This document shows, piece after piece, positions 11,249 to 22,671 of a stretch of 64,000 bases of DNA (position 1 is its first letter; each line of letters starts with the position of its first letter). The notes under the pieces were generated by a model. That model saw only the letters and a program-made list of their open reading frames with translations, was not told the origin of the DNA and did no database searches. Origin of the DNA: a virus (Duplodnaviria; Caudoviricetes); IMG/VR virus record IMGVR_UViG_2609460227_000001, positions 1 to 64,000 of that record. One strand, written 5' to 3'. Both the position numbers and the translations under genes were made by a program.

Positions 11249-12936
11249 ATGGCTGAAATGTCAAAAAATGGTGAGGGTGGAATTTCAAAAAAGCTCAATG
11301 GCTTGATGAAACAGCTATTTCCTTACTTCAACGAGTCAGACCAAAACGACTCAACGATCCATGTAGAGGCCAGTAACTTTAACGAACGATGGCAGGTGCC
11401 AGATGTTGCCGCCAATACGCCACCAACAACGTTGGGATCCAATGGTGATTCAGACCGCGACCGGTACTTCATCAAAAAGATGCCGTCGGACCGAATGGCC
11501 AAATATGCGCTACTGGCTGAAATGGCCGAGGATGCAACTATCGATGCGGGCATTAACATCCATCTTGGCTTTGCTCTATCCGTAGATAGCAAGACGAACA
11601 AGGCCATTACGCTAAAGCCCAAAACGGAGGCTGATACTGAATACGTCGCCAAACTGCAGGCTGAGTTGGTGGACCCGATTAACGAGAAAATACGTAACTG
11701 GTTAAAGCCAAGTTGTATTTTCGGCACCAATTACGTCAGGCCTTACGGTGAAGCTGGTAAAGGGATCGTCGCTTGGGAAGCGTCTTGGGATACATTGCCG
11801 ATCAACATTAAAGAATATGAGCGAGCCGGTCAGTTGGCTGGATTCACAAGTGAAAAGCTGGTGAAGAAAGAAAGCGGCGGCGGCATTAGATTAGCCGAGC
11901 CATGGGCGCTTATCCCTTTGAAGTTGGACAACTGGACGCCAGACATCCACCAGCCGCCGATACAAAACGGGGTGCAGCAATATTCCCTGTATGACGATAC
12001 CCATATGCGTAGGCCAATGGAGACGCAAAACTATGGCCGCTCGATTTTGGAATCGTCTCTGGAAAGTTGGTGTGCGATGCGTGAATCGCTCATTTCTCTT
12101 TTGTCCAGCCGTGTACTGGCCAGTAAGAAGGACCGCTTTGTTCATGTTTCGACTGCTGGGCTGGATACAGCAAGAGCGGCCGAGTATGTAAACCTGGTAG
12201 CGGATCAGCTAAAGGCCGACAAAGAGGCGTCATTACGTAAAAGTGCGCGAGCAAGTGCAATCTCTACGGTGTGGAATGCAATTATCCCTAGCATGGGTGA
12301 TAAGGGCGGCGTGACAATCGACACGCAAACCATGAGTCCCGACATTCAGCACGTCGAAGACATTATGTTTCACATCAAGAGGCTATGCGGCTCGCTAGGT
12401 ATTGACCTAGTATGGTTGGCTTCTCAGACTTGTTAGCTGGTGGATTAGGTGAAGGCGGGTTCCTGCGAACGTCCATCCAATCAGCCATGATCGCTAATTT
12501 GTTACGTGATGCTGCGCGTAAATTTATCTATCGCGCTATCGACATTCACACGGCCTACCGCGATGGCAAGGTCTGGCTACCAGAACAACGCCCGTTTGAA
12601 GTGACGTTCAATTCAATGTCTACAGCCATTGCACTTGAGGAAGAATCAGCACGCGAAACCCGAGCAACATATTGTACGCTGGTGGCCACGGTACTCGACC
12701 AGATTGAACAGAGTCCGATCGGCAAATCAGAAACACTAAAATCCCACCTCTACAGCGAGATTGGTTTTAGCTCAGAGCTAATTAAAAAGATCACCGCTGA
12801 ACTCGCTAAACATGCAGCCGAAAGTGAATCACAAATGATGGAGTCACTAGGCATCCCGCAGGGCCACGACAGTGAGCGTTACATTCGTGACGTGATCTTA
12901 GATGTTATCAATGATTTTGGAACAGCACGTGAATAG
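11249..12936 (+). CDS. prt: Portal protein (one indel near 12410)
   Basis: YVRPYG, ETQNYG, GGLGEGGFLRT and RAIDIH motifs match P1 Prt; syntenic with darB and pro. Confidence 0.9.
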
Positions 12937-13911
12937 CCCAAAAACACTCATGAAGCACACCGACCGCTTCAACCTCTTTAAAGATGGTCGAAAACTAGGC
13001 GCGAACAAGCGCAATTACATCCTTTCATCCGTTCGCCAGATGTTTGAATCGCTACAAACCCGTGAGCTACTGCGTACCGGCGAAGCCTTTGGCTACTATG
13101 GCCACGGCATGCGAGAAAAAGCAGGCAAACTAAACTTGCGCGAAATCGAAGTGGTAAACGTGGATGGCAAACCGGTTGTACTGCAGAACGTGCCAGCATG
13201 CCGAACGCTGGATATTTCAGTCGATGACGATGGCACCGTTACCCACACACAAGAAATTTTCGATACAGCGCCAGGCGTGTCGTTGCCTCGCTGATTAATA
13301 GCCGTGCTGGTGGTTGGTCTTGGGCAACAAGCGGCCATGATACGAAAGCGGCCAGCTACGCCAAACAGTTTGGCGGCGTCGATTATGTTCTTAATCCAAA
13401 TTACCTATCACTGGACCACCCAGCCATGATGCTCGAATCGGCCAACCGAGAAACGATGCTGTTAGAGGCGATGATGTCTGCCGGTTTAGACGAAGAAGGC
13501 GCACGTAAGGCGATCTCTTTGGGTGAAGATGAGCCGTACTTGATTGAGCGCGTGACAGAGCTAGAAGCCGAGGTGTTTTTCTTGGAAAGCATGCTGGCTG
13601 AAAAGACTCGAAATTACGTTGGCCGCGATCAGGCCGCTCAGGAACGCCGCCAACTTGGTGAGCTAATTCTTGAATCCGTTAGCAGCATGCCCGTTTTCAT
13701 TTCCAACGAACAGAAGGCCGCCATCATGCGCCTGGAATCGCAGGATGACATGAAAGTAGTCGCTAACATGTTCGAGTCAATTGGTCGCGCTAATTTCGGT
13801 GATTTGCCAATTGGACAGAGCCAGTCCGTGATCGTAGATCGTGCGGAAGGTCACAACCAGACGATCCTCAAACACTCAATCTCATTCGATGCGCAGCGAA
13901 AGTTTGGGTAA
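12929..13911 (+). CDS. pro: Prohead processing protease (indel near 13275)
   Basis: GEAFGYYGHG, NVPACRT, VTHTQEI, GGWSWAT and PNYLSLDHP match P1 Pro. Confidence 0.9.
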
Positions 13912-14015
13912 CTAATTTGTAAACAAAGGGCGGAGATCTGTTTTTATCCTAACAAAAAACGGGATTAAAACGATCCGTCCTTGATCCGATCGCTCGGTTT
14001 GGAGTAGGATCGCCA

Positions 14016-14217
14016 ACGGTGATTTCAAATCCCTAATCACTAGCTAAATAGCTGGCCGTATCGAAATAGATATGAGTTGGGTGGATGCGTGATGCGCTGA
14101 CTGATTGAGCAGTATCACACCAAGAGCGTCCGAGGGAGAGTGCCCCGCCGCAATCAGTGAATTATCACTCCAAAGACTAGGTTACAGGTCATGCGCTAGG
14201 TGGAATGACATACCACC
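14016..14217 (+). ncRNA. Candidate highly structured (pseudoknotted) leader or ncRNA
   Basis: Nested stems ACGG/CCGT, GTGATT/AATCAC, TAGCT/AGCTG, GGATGC/GCGTCC, GTGATGC/GTATCAC, GGTGG/CCACC; loop ACTGATTG (14100-07) complementary to CAATCAGT (14151-58); upstream TTGATC-18-TAGGAT promoter candidate (13981-14010). Confidence 0.5.
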
Positions 14218-14218
14218 A

Positions 14219-14289
14219 GAAATGAAGAAGCCCACCAAAAGGTGGGCCTAATAAAAGCAAAGCTCTCAGAGAAAGAGAGCAAAATATTT
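14219..14289 (-). ncRNA. Candidate ~70-nt antisense (counter-transcribed) RNA with two stem-loops
   Basis: Minus-strand promoter immediately upstream; hairpin GCTCTC/GAGAGC (14262-80); terminator hairpin GCCCACC/GGTGGGC (14230-47) followed by TTCTTCATTT on the minus strand. Confidence 0.6.
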
Positions 14290-14295
14290 GAGTCA

Positions 14296-14324
14296 ATTAT
14301 ACGTATCGAAGCCTTATGGCGCAA
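14296..14324 (-). promoter_or_regulatory. Sigma70 promoter for the antisense RNA
   Basis: TTGCGC (14324-19), 17-bp spacer, TATAAT (14301-296). Confidence 0.65.
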
Positions 14325-14363
14325 GGAATCCGGCGTATTTTTAGACTCTTATGGACATAGATA

Positions 14364-15312
14364 ATGGAAGCGACACTAACAAGTGCACCTCAATACTTTT
14401 CAGGTGCATTCAACTCACAAGCCGCAAATCTCACATTGCGCCTAAACCGCCAAGAACGTCAGAACGCATGCTTTATCGCAGCCGTGGCAACCTTTATCAA
14501 AACGGCTGGTTCTACATGTTTTGCTAAACCAACAACGATTCTTGCTCAGTACAATGAGCGTTCATCTAAGTTTGGTATCAAGCCGATCCAATCAAGCACA
14601 CTATTCACTATCCAGAAGCGAGTTATCGAGTCTGGCGCATTATGCTGTGAGCTAGAGCATGATGCTTGAAGGGCCGCAATTGGCGTCGTTTCTCATTCAA
14701 TATCGCAGCAATGTGTGAGCAATTCCCTAGTGTGGCCAAGCAAGCATTTGCCCGCGCAAAATGTTTTTTGGCCAGAAAATTGGAATGTAATCGGTCGCAA
14801 GAAAATACCACAAAGAAACCCAGTAATAGCGCGGTTCATCGACTACAAGCCAAAACAAAAATTGGACTATAAGTAGTAATCAATCTAAGGATTTAAAGAA
14901 AAATAATAAAGCGCCTACGGCTCAGTTCTTTAAATCTCGTTTCAAAGAAGATTGTGATTTAGCGTACCAATTACAGAATGCCGCAAGAGCCGGGACAATT
15001 TTGGCGTCTGGTGCCAAGAAGCTGATCAGCCTGCACGCTAAACACGGTGTACACATGGCAGATTCATTCAAATCATTCCTAATGTTCCGTATCTACCACG
15101 GCATGACACAAGCGCAGCAAAACACCCGTCAGGTCGTCGCAATTTCTGCTGCACAGCACAGTAAAAATATTCTGGACAACACACTACGCGCCCAAGCACG
15201 CAAGGAGCGCGAAGTGGTCAAACCCGTTTCAATGCCTGCACACCTAAGCGATCCTAAGTACGGCACGCATAAGTACACAAAATTGATTGAAAATATCCGT
15301 AAATCTCATTAA
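14364..15312 (+). CDS. Putative replication-initiator-like HTH protein, split by indels
   Basis: ORFs 14364..14669, 14666..14872 and 15001..15312 are contiguous (~315 aa, basic); TCFAKPTTIL...SSTLFTIQKRVIESG resembles an initiator wHTH; function inferred from the antisense leader and proQ neighbour. Confidence 0.4.
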
Positions 15313-15321
15313 GGCACAGCC

Positions 15322-16148
15322 ATGACAGACAGCATTCAAAACACACCGGCTGATCAGCCTCGAAAAACGCTATCAATCGCACGTAAGCGCACCGAGCAAC
15401 AAAGCCGCACGATGGCAAGAAATCAGCCGTAAAACCTCGCACAGACGCGAACAGAAAGCCCACGGGCAAGAAAACAGGCAAGCCACACTTTAAAAAGCGT
15501 CCTCCAATGACAGAGGAAGAACGCAAACAGCGTGAATCAGCCAGAAGGCACTTTGATGCCAGGGATAAACGTCTTACTGGTGATAAGGCCCGCCTCGCAT
15601 TGAAGTGGTTAATGACTACGTTTCCGACGGTATTCAACAAACAAGATCCGAAGCCACTTAAAATTAAATGCACGATGGACATTATCGGCGTTCACAAGGC
15701 TGCTGGTGGCGGTATTGGTACCGGGTTCGGCATCAATAAATTGAAACTGGCAATTGAGGGCTGGGTAAACACCAGTCGCTACCAATATGCCTTAGCGCAG
15801 CCGGGAGCCAAACGCTACGATCCATTAACGGGCCTGCCAGTTGACGCGGTAACTTCTGAACACATGAAGAACGCCAAAACTCGCCGTGCTGGCCTGCTGC
15901 GTCATTTGAAGCGAACTAAAAAGCTGACCAATCGCCCAGGGCCACACAAGAAATCACAGAAGCCTGCCATTCAGCAAAAGGTAAAACGTGACGAACGCAG
16001 GGAAAAGGCTGCTCAGAATCCAAAAGAGCCAACGCCTCGCGGTAAGAAAAAAGAAAGTCCACTATCGCGGCAAGAAGAAGTCGTAAGGGATAAAGAAAAG
16101 CCACCGATGCTGGTGGCTTTTTTGTGTCTGATTAATGGAAATCAGTAA
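15322..16148 (+). CDS. ProQ/FinO-family RNA chaperone with basic disordered tails (start probably 15322, indel before 15507)
   Basis: FPTVF...PKPLKI, LKLAIEGWVNTSRY, GAKRYD..G.PV.AVTSEH...A is the FinO/ProQ domain signature. Confidence 0.85.
16097..16123. terminator. Bidirectional terminator whose stem contains a Chi octamer
   Basis: AAAAGCCACC-GATGCT-GGTGGCTTTTTT between convergent genes. Confidence 0.7.
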
Positions 16149-17343
16149 TGTAGTCGAGGCGCACGTTACGGTTTTGTCGGTCGTCCGTATCCGTCAACAG
16201 GTTATACGTGCCCGATACGTTTGTATGGCCATCGATGATTGAGCCGGTGTACTGGATTTCATCGCCAGCAATATCGATAGACGTTGGGGCAATATCCATA
16301 AGGATCTGCTTAACAGTGCCGTCTTGAATGTTTTTCACTGTCACACGGTCTAGGCCCATGATGGCAATCCAGTCGTCAGTTGAATGGATCTGAGTTGTTG
16401 TATTGAAACAGTTACTACACTCACCGCCAGTATTAAGCTCATCTGAGATCAGGATTTGCTTGTTACCGTCTTTGTCTACGTGGGTAAGGTTCCATTTCCA
16501 TGTGCCTAATTCTGGAATCGGTTCCTCTTTGACAACTAGGGCACCGTTGTCGTCACCCATGTATTCCGCCTCACCATTGATAAAGTCAATTTGCGCGTCT
16601 GAACGTTCGCCAGTTGCGACGTTGAATAGGTTCTTATCTGGCGTACAGTCATCAACAATGGCATTGGTCGATGATACGGCCACCATACGTGGGCCATTAC
16701 ATGCCTGAATAGGCCATTCAACGCCGGTTTCGACATTCACTAGCTTGGTGACTGGGTAACTTGCCAAGGCATCAGCCAGAACGGCGAAGTTACCAGACAC
16801 GGCCTGGATATTAAATTTCTCGAATGCTGAATGTAATTTCGTTACGGCCTGAGTGGACGGATCGTAGATAGAGCCATCTTCAAACAGTATTTTGCCAGAT
16901 TCAATTTGGTGGATGGCCATGCCGTTAACTGGCAACTCAATGTATGAATTGTCTTTCTGGACCACGTAATAGTGCGTGCCTTGCCCGTCAAAGTAGATAG
17001 AAAAGAACGCCTCATCACCAAACACGCGCATGCCTTGTACTTGGTGTGGTGTGATTTCTTCCATATCGCCGGACAGGTCAATTTTATAACCGGCCGCATC
17101 GATCTCGGTGCTTACTGGTGCTGGTGCCGGTTCGGCCGCCAATACCGCAAAGCTGGTAGGCATTGCACGCATTTGGACCGGTGCCGCTTTAGTGGCCGCG
17201 TTATTTGATAGAGCGAGGGATTGCGCATTGGCTACGTTGAACGTGATCGCGGAGGTATCAACTTTGTCACCGCCACCGCCACCGCAAGCCGCGAGTGCAC
17301 TAGATAGGACGATGGCGATAATAGAGCGTTTGTACATTTTCAT
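16132..17343 (-). CDS. Lipoprotein, beta-rich (possibly propeller); function unknown
   Basis: Signal peptide with lipobox LAAC-GGGGG, Ala/Pro linker, beta-strand-rich acidic body. Confidence 0.75.
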   Translation of the reverse strand: MKMYKRSIIAIVLSSALAACGGGGGDKVDTSAITFNVANAQSLALSNNAATKAAPVQMRAMPTSFAVLAAEPAPAPVSTEIDAAGYKIDLSGDMEEITPHQVQGMRVFGDEAFFSIYFDGQGTHYYVVQKDNSYIELPVNGMAIHQIESGKILFEDGSIYDPSTQAVTKLHSAFEKFNIQAVSGNFAVLADALASYPVTKLVNVETGVEWPIQACNGPRMVAVSSTNAIVDDCTPDKNLFNVATGERSDAQIDFINGEAEYMGDDNGALVVKEEPIPELGTWKWNLTHVDKDGNKQILISDELNTGGECSNCFNTTTQIHSTDDWIAIMGLDRVTVKNIQDGTVKQILMDIAPTSIDIAGDEIQYTGSIIDGHTNVSGTYNLLTDTDDRQNRNVRLDYITDFH

Positions 17344-17503
17344 TTCTCGAAATCCTTAAGAAAACGGATGGATTATCCCCCTGGATGTCTAAAAAGCAAT
17401 GCTTTAATGCCTGTTTAGTATTGCATTTGCAGGGTGATTAACTGCGGGTACAAAAAAAGCCAGAGTAATATCTGGCTTTTAATTCATGGTTTATCTATTG
17501 GTG

Positions 17504-17779
17504 TTACATACTGAGTGCCGCCGGTGTTAATCCGATCATCACGTTGCCGTTACCGGTATCACATACGCTGAATAGGTCGGCGTTTAGATTTTCCATCAAC
17601 ATTTCTTCACTCATTTTCAAGTGAGCGGCGATAGCGCGAGAGCTATTGATTCGGCTCATAATCGCCTTCTTAACAAACACGTCAAACATGCGGTTAGTGC
17701 TGGCTCCAACAAAGGTCATTTGTTTTTGGCTTTCTTTTGCACGTTCAAACAGCTCGTCAATTTTCAGTTTTGCGCTCAT
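17504..17779 (-). CDS. Hypothetical protein (possible HTH)
   Basis: 91-aa ORF with RBS and downstream terminator 17453-17480. Confidence 0.55.
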   Translation of the reverse strand: MSAKLKIDELFERAKESQKQMTFVGASTNRMFDVFVKKAIMSRINSSRAIAAHLKMSEEMLMENLNADLFSVCDTGNGNVMIGLTPAALSM

Positions 17780-17947
17780 TTTAGTTCTCTTTTACAAAAA
17801 GTTATTAGGATATAGGCGGGAGGCTCAATTCCCGTCTGAGGCTAATATAAGGTTTTTTTTGCCGTTTATTCAAGGGAAAACTATAGAATCAGTTAACTTT
17901 TTTGTTTATGATCACAAAATCGTTAGGATAAACGGAGCCGGAGAGCC

Positions 17948-18379
17948 GTGACCACTGAACTGTCAGAACAGAAACGCATTCAATTAGAAGAACGAATGTC
18001 CAGACGCGACCATGAAAATGAATCCGTCCTGGTGTCGATGGGCCTATCAACTGAGCAATCTGCGACTCTTGAGTTGTCCGATAGTGCTACTGAGGTGACG
18101 TTAGACAATAAGCCGCAAATTTGTCGAACCTGTTTAGGTCGCGGCGTCTATAAGCCGATGTTTTTTGAAATGGATTGTCCTGACTGTTATGGCACGGGCT
18201 ATCGACTAGACGATCCGGTATCGCTAATTAAGTGGCAAAAAATGTGTATGGACTGGTCGCGTAAGAGGATTCTAAAGCTACAGAATGATCTGCGCATTGC
18301 CACGACAACAGAAGAAGAACGGATGGCAGAAGATATTGAGAACATGTATCGCCATTCAAAAATAAACAAGCACGATTAA
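17948..18379 (+). CDS. Zinc-finger protein (DnaJ-type CxxCxGxG pair)
   Basis: CRTCLGRG and CPDCYGTG. Confidence 0.7.
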   Translation: MTTELSEQKRIQLEERMSRRDHENESVLVSMGLSTEQSATLELSDSATEVTLDNKPQICRTCLGRGVYKPMFFEMDCPDCYGTGYRLDDPVSLIKWQKMCMDWSRKRILKLQNDLRIATTTEEERMAEDIENMYRHSKINKHD

Positions 18380-18394
18380 CAAGGGTAAAGAACT

Positions 18395-18937
18395 ATGGCC
18401 AGTCGTGGCGTAAACAAAGTTATCTTAGTGGGTAACTTAGGCAATGATCCAGAGGTCCGTTATATGCCGAATGGCGGCGCGGTGGCTAACATCACCGTAG
18501 CAACGGCAGAAACATGGCGTGATAAGAACACCGGCGAGCAGCGCGAAAAAACGGAATGGCACCGAGTGGCCCTTTACGGGAAGCTGGCAGAGGTTGCTGG
18601 TGAGTATCTGCGTAAAGGTTCGCAGGTTTACATTGAAGGCCAGCTACAGACCCGTAAATGGAAGAACCAGCAAGGCCAAGACCAGTACACAACGGAAATT
18701 GTCGTGCAGGGTTTCAACGGCATCATGCAAATGTTGGGATCCCGTGCTGGTGGTCAGCAACGTCCCCAAGCTGGTGGCCAACAGCAATACAATCACCCGG
18801 CACAACAGCAACAGCAGAATTACGGCCAGCCGCAAGGCGGTTATCCAATGGATAGCGGCGTTCCTCCTATGGATTTTGACGACGACATACCGTTCCGCCA
18901 GGCCGCATGCCAGCCACTAATGCACCACTGTATCTAA
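18395..18937 (+). CDS. ssb: Single-stranded DNA-binding protein
   Basis: [16 protein letters not shown]...KTEWHRV...DFDDDIPF; Vibrio-type VVQGFNG insertion. Confidence 0.97.
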   Translation: MASRGVNKVILVGNLGNDPEVRYMPNGGAVANITVATAETWRDKNTGEQREKTEWHRVALYGKLAEVAGEYLRKGSQVYIEGQLQTRKWKNQQGQDQYTTEIVVQGFNGIMQMLGSRAGGQQRPQAGGQQQYNHPAQQQQQNYGQPQGGYPMDSGVPPMDFDDDIPFRQAACQPLMHHCI

Positions 18938-18969
18938 GCGTATCCTAACAATAATGCGAGTAGCTAATC

Positions 18970-19269
18970 ATGAATGACGTTGTTTTGTTGTCCTTGCGGC
19001 GATTAACGATCCGAACCATTAACACCATGCGCCTAGAGACAGGCGAGACAGATTTTCGTGGTGAGGTCGGCACCATGTATTTTATGGCCAGTGAAATTGC
19101 AGAGCGTGCATCAATCAGTCTGCCGGAAGCATTGGCGGCATTGGCTGAATTACGGAAGTCGCGTGCTGTAACTTGCCGAGCTGGTTTTAAAGGTAAGGCT
19201 CACGAACGCGTGTGGCAGCTAAAAGACATCAAACGTGTGTTATCAAAATTTCATTCCAACTTTTCCTAA
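18970..19269 (+). CDS. Small winged-HTH-like protein
   Basis: ASEIAERASISLPEALAALAELRK helix-turn-helix pattern. Confidence 0.55.
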   Translation: MNDVVLLSLRRLTIRTINTMRLETGETDFRGEVGTMYFMASEIAERASISLPEALAALAELRKSRAVTCRAGFKGKAHERVWQLKDIKRVLSKFHSNFS

Positions 19270-19294
19270 CAACTATTCATATTGGTAATAAAAA

Positions 19295-20820
19295 ATGAGC
19301 TGTGATTTTGAGGTTTCTTTGCCTTGGGGCGTAGATGCGGTAAGCGAGTCGGTTAGAAATGTAGATGTGGAGGTCACTTTGCTGCAGCAAGTCATCATTA
19401 ACGACCTAAAAGCTAATGAGGCAAGCAAGGATGTGAAAATCAGTCTCCTAGTGAGTCAAAACAGTGATCTATCCATAGCAAAATACAACCTTGAGCAAGA
19501 ATTGGCGTCGTTGAATGAGCAGTTAGACAGCTTGCGCCAGAGCGCAGGGGAAAGTGCCGCAGATACCGATGCACTTAATGCTCGCATCAATGAGCTTGAG
19601 GTCATGCTGCAGTTGGCCAATGAGGCGCACGCCGACGTTGTTGCGCGGAACCATGATCAAGAACGTAAGCTAACCGCCGCCAACTTTCAGAAAGACACGG
19701 TACAAAAACTCTTTGATGATCAGAGAAGCAGCCTTGTTTCTTTGAAAAAGCAATCGGGCGAACTGACACAAGAGAATGCCTTACTAAGCAGTGAAATTGG
19801 TGATGCCCGTAAATACATCGCTCAGTTAGAGACTGAGATTGCTGGCATCCCCGATCGCATTGCCAACGCAGTATCAACCGAAAAAGCACGATGGAATGAA
19901 TCGGCTATCGTCAGCGAATCCGTTAAGCGTGACTTGCTGGCCGGCCACGAAGCTAAGATCACGTCATTACGTCAGCAATTGGAAGTGGCTAGGGCGGAAA
20001 TGGCTGAATTGAAACGATTCCATAAGTCAGTCGCCGAAGAAGTGGGTGTTACGATTAGCGAGCTAATCAATTCAAACCTTGAGCAGACATTATTGCGCGA
20101 GCAGGCAATTGAGTCGATGAATGCCGCCAAAGCCCTTGGGAAGATTACCGCCGATGAGTGTTCCAAATTAATAAAAGAGATTGGCACCCTAGCGTTAGAC
20201 CTTGAAAAACAAACGCAGGACAACACGTATTTGTCCGAGATCTTGAGTTACAACGATCTGAAAGATGTTTGGCGACATGAAGACGGTACCCGCGTCTTTG
20301 CTTGCGGCGGTGCACCAACGAAGACATTTGATTATTTCGAGTTAGACGTTAAGCCAAGTGACAAGCATTACACATGCTGGGTATTAAACCCGAACGGCAC
20401 CGGTCATATGATGGTTTTGGCAGAAGATGAGTCCCACCTAATGATACCGGCTGAGAGTGCATCGGTTCGTTACAATCCAGACCATGATGAGCCGATCCTT
20501 GAGGCAATGCGAGCCTTTACGGTTGAACATTATGAGGCGGCCTTGGCCAGAGCGTAGATCGTAGTCAGAAGCTATCTGAGGCGGCGGTAGTTTTGGGTAT
20601 GGACTGGCATCATCTTGTGACCGTAGATGAAGTGGTTCATCGCATCATTACCGGCGATAACTTGGAAGAAAAGGCCCGTGTTATGAAGTTAACGCAAGCG
20701 ATCGACCGAATTAACATAATGGCAGGCCGCGTTAGTAAGAAAGATACCTTTGCCGAAATCGCCAAACAGCGCCGTAAGGTCCAAACCAAATCGGCCCGTG
20801 GCGGGAAAAAGCGTAAATAA
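19295..20820 (+). CDS. Long coiled-coil protein (PmgS-like architecture), indel near 20555
   Basis: ORFs 19295..20557 + 20593..20820; heptad-rich N-terminal two thirds. Confidence 0.55.
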
Positions 20821-21625
20821 ATGGCTGGCGTAAGGATCAGCGCGATTGAGTTAGATGCCATTGCCCGGCGTCGAAAGGATTGGAACAAGCGAGGCGTTAA
20901 AGCTGGCCATGGTGGCCAGTTTGACACCTCTTTTGCTAATCCATTCTCATCAAAGAGCAGCGCAACAGCGAAAGGGCGAAAGGTAAAGCGTGCGAGTAAA
21001 GCCACCAGCACGCCATACAGCGACAATTACTATTCATCGATAGGAACGGCAGGGATCAACATCGACGGCCTTCCTGATTGGCTGGTGGACATCATACGCG
21101 GTGATAATGAAATAAAGCGTGGGCTGGTGGAGAAAGGATATAAACCTGATTCACCACACAAGATGGCATTGATAGCCCTGGCCAAAGATATAAGCCTGTT
21201 AGACGGGCGCCCGGCTACAGAAACCAAGAAGGCCAAGCGCGGGAACCTGAGCATTACATCCAGGTCAGAATTTTCTATGAGATAGAACGCCAGTTCCCTG
21301 AGTTTTACCCACTTTGCAAGGCGGTACCGAACGGCGGCTTACGTGATAAGCGTACTGCCTGGCGTTATTGGCCGAGGGACAAAAAGCCGGTGCACCAGAC
21401 ATCGATATTGAAATCCCACTGGGTAAATATCACGGCATGAAGTTGGAAGTGAAAACAGAGTCAGGGACGGTCCAGGCCAACCAGAAAGAGAAGATTGAAG
21501 CCCTGAATAAGCTAGGGTATCTATCCGTTGTGGGGAAAGGGTTCGATGCCTGCTGGGATTTGATCACGCGCTATTTCGCGTTGCCACTTTTTGATAATAT
21601 AACGTCGATATGTTATCGAGAGTGA
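20821..21625 (+). CDS. VRR-NUC (PD-D/ExK) nuclease, indel near 21245
   Basis: AVPNGG.R (in shifted frame), EGQKAGAPDI, YHGMKLEVK, Q...I..LNKLGY. Confidence 0.8.
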
Positions 21626-21629
21626 GCTA

Positions 21630-22240
21630 ATGAAAAACTACATCGACGGCGTTAAGCCGCTTGATATTAACCGAGTGGAAGTCACCGCCCAGGTCCGTGA
21701 TGTGTTGTGCGAACTATTGCGTGATATGTCAGTGAGATTGGGTTACTCAAAATCAAGTGACTGGGGCGGCATGCAGCGACCGTCTTATGCCGGTGCGTGG
21801 GTGTGCCGTGTATTGATGCCAAGCGGCGAGATTGAAGATTTAACAAAGATCCATGGCCGCACGATAAAGCATTTGTTTGATTGTGGCGTTATAAGCGTCG
21901 ATGACACTATTAGCAGCGTAAGCGTGTATTGTTCAAGCTGTCTTCTGATGCGATGAAAAACATCCGAGAAGTGCGCCGTATTCTTGAGTTCCCGGCTCGC
22001 ACAAAGGTACGCTGGCAGCCATTAAACGATATGGCGGCGATGTATGGTGTGAAGATTGAGTATGAATCGCACCGAGGCCTGATCCGCTTACTGACGCTAG
22101 AAGGCAAATCATTCCGTGAGGATGAGCTTGTTACTCGCAATAAGGCTGGCGAACCAGTCATGAAGATTAACGATTTAACCTGGCACGAATGGACCGAATT
22201 ACTGGCAGAGTGTGCCGATATGATCGCAGAAATGCGATAA
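21630..22240 (+). CDS. Hypothetical protein (two ORFs joined by an indel)
   Basis: ORFs 21630..21956 + 21929..22240; terminator at 22253-22281. Confidence 0.5.
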
Positions 22241-22377
22241 AGATAACTGATTGAAAGGCTGGTCAATGACCGGCCTTTTTTATGCCTGAAATCCCCCGTT
22301 AAAATCCCGTTTAATTAACCTTTTAACACGCGATAAAAAATTTGTTAGGATAGCGACAGGTTTTAATGATTAGGTGA

Positions 22378-22671
22378 ATGGGCATGAGTGATTTTATACG
22401 TGTCGATTTTGTTGGAGAACTTAGCCGAGCATTGGGTATCGATGAGAGCGAGGCGGATAAAACACTGCAGGCGTTCTTGGATGGTGTTGCAGAGTTGACC
22501 AATATGGGTGAGCGTGTTCGCGTCCCATGTATGGGTACTTTTGAAGTCAAGGAACGTTCATGGAACGCCCGAGACATAAAAGCATGCAAGCCTGTGCCCG
22601 TTGAGAAAAGGCGCTTTTTGACGTGTTCGTTTGTTTGTGGGTTCAAGCAGAGAGTTGGCACGTCCTTATGA
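22378..22671 (+). CDS. HU/IHF-family DNA-bending protein 1
   Basis: AFLDGVAELTNMGERVRVPCMGTFEVKERSWNARD is the HU/IHF fold pattern. Confidence 0.75.
   Translation: MGMSDFIRVDFVGELSRALGIDESEADKTLQAFLDGVAELTNMGERVRVPCMGTFEVKERSWNARDIKACKPVPVEKRRFLTCSFVCGFKQRVGTSL

Noticed and set aside
17350-17445. c-di-GMP or other known riboswitch upstream of the lipoprotein
   Set aside because: Conserved GEMM features (GGCAAAC...GAAA...GACGCAAA) are not present; only generic pairing is seen
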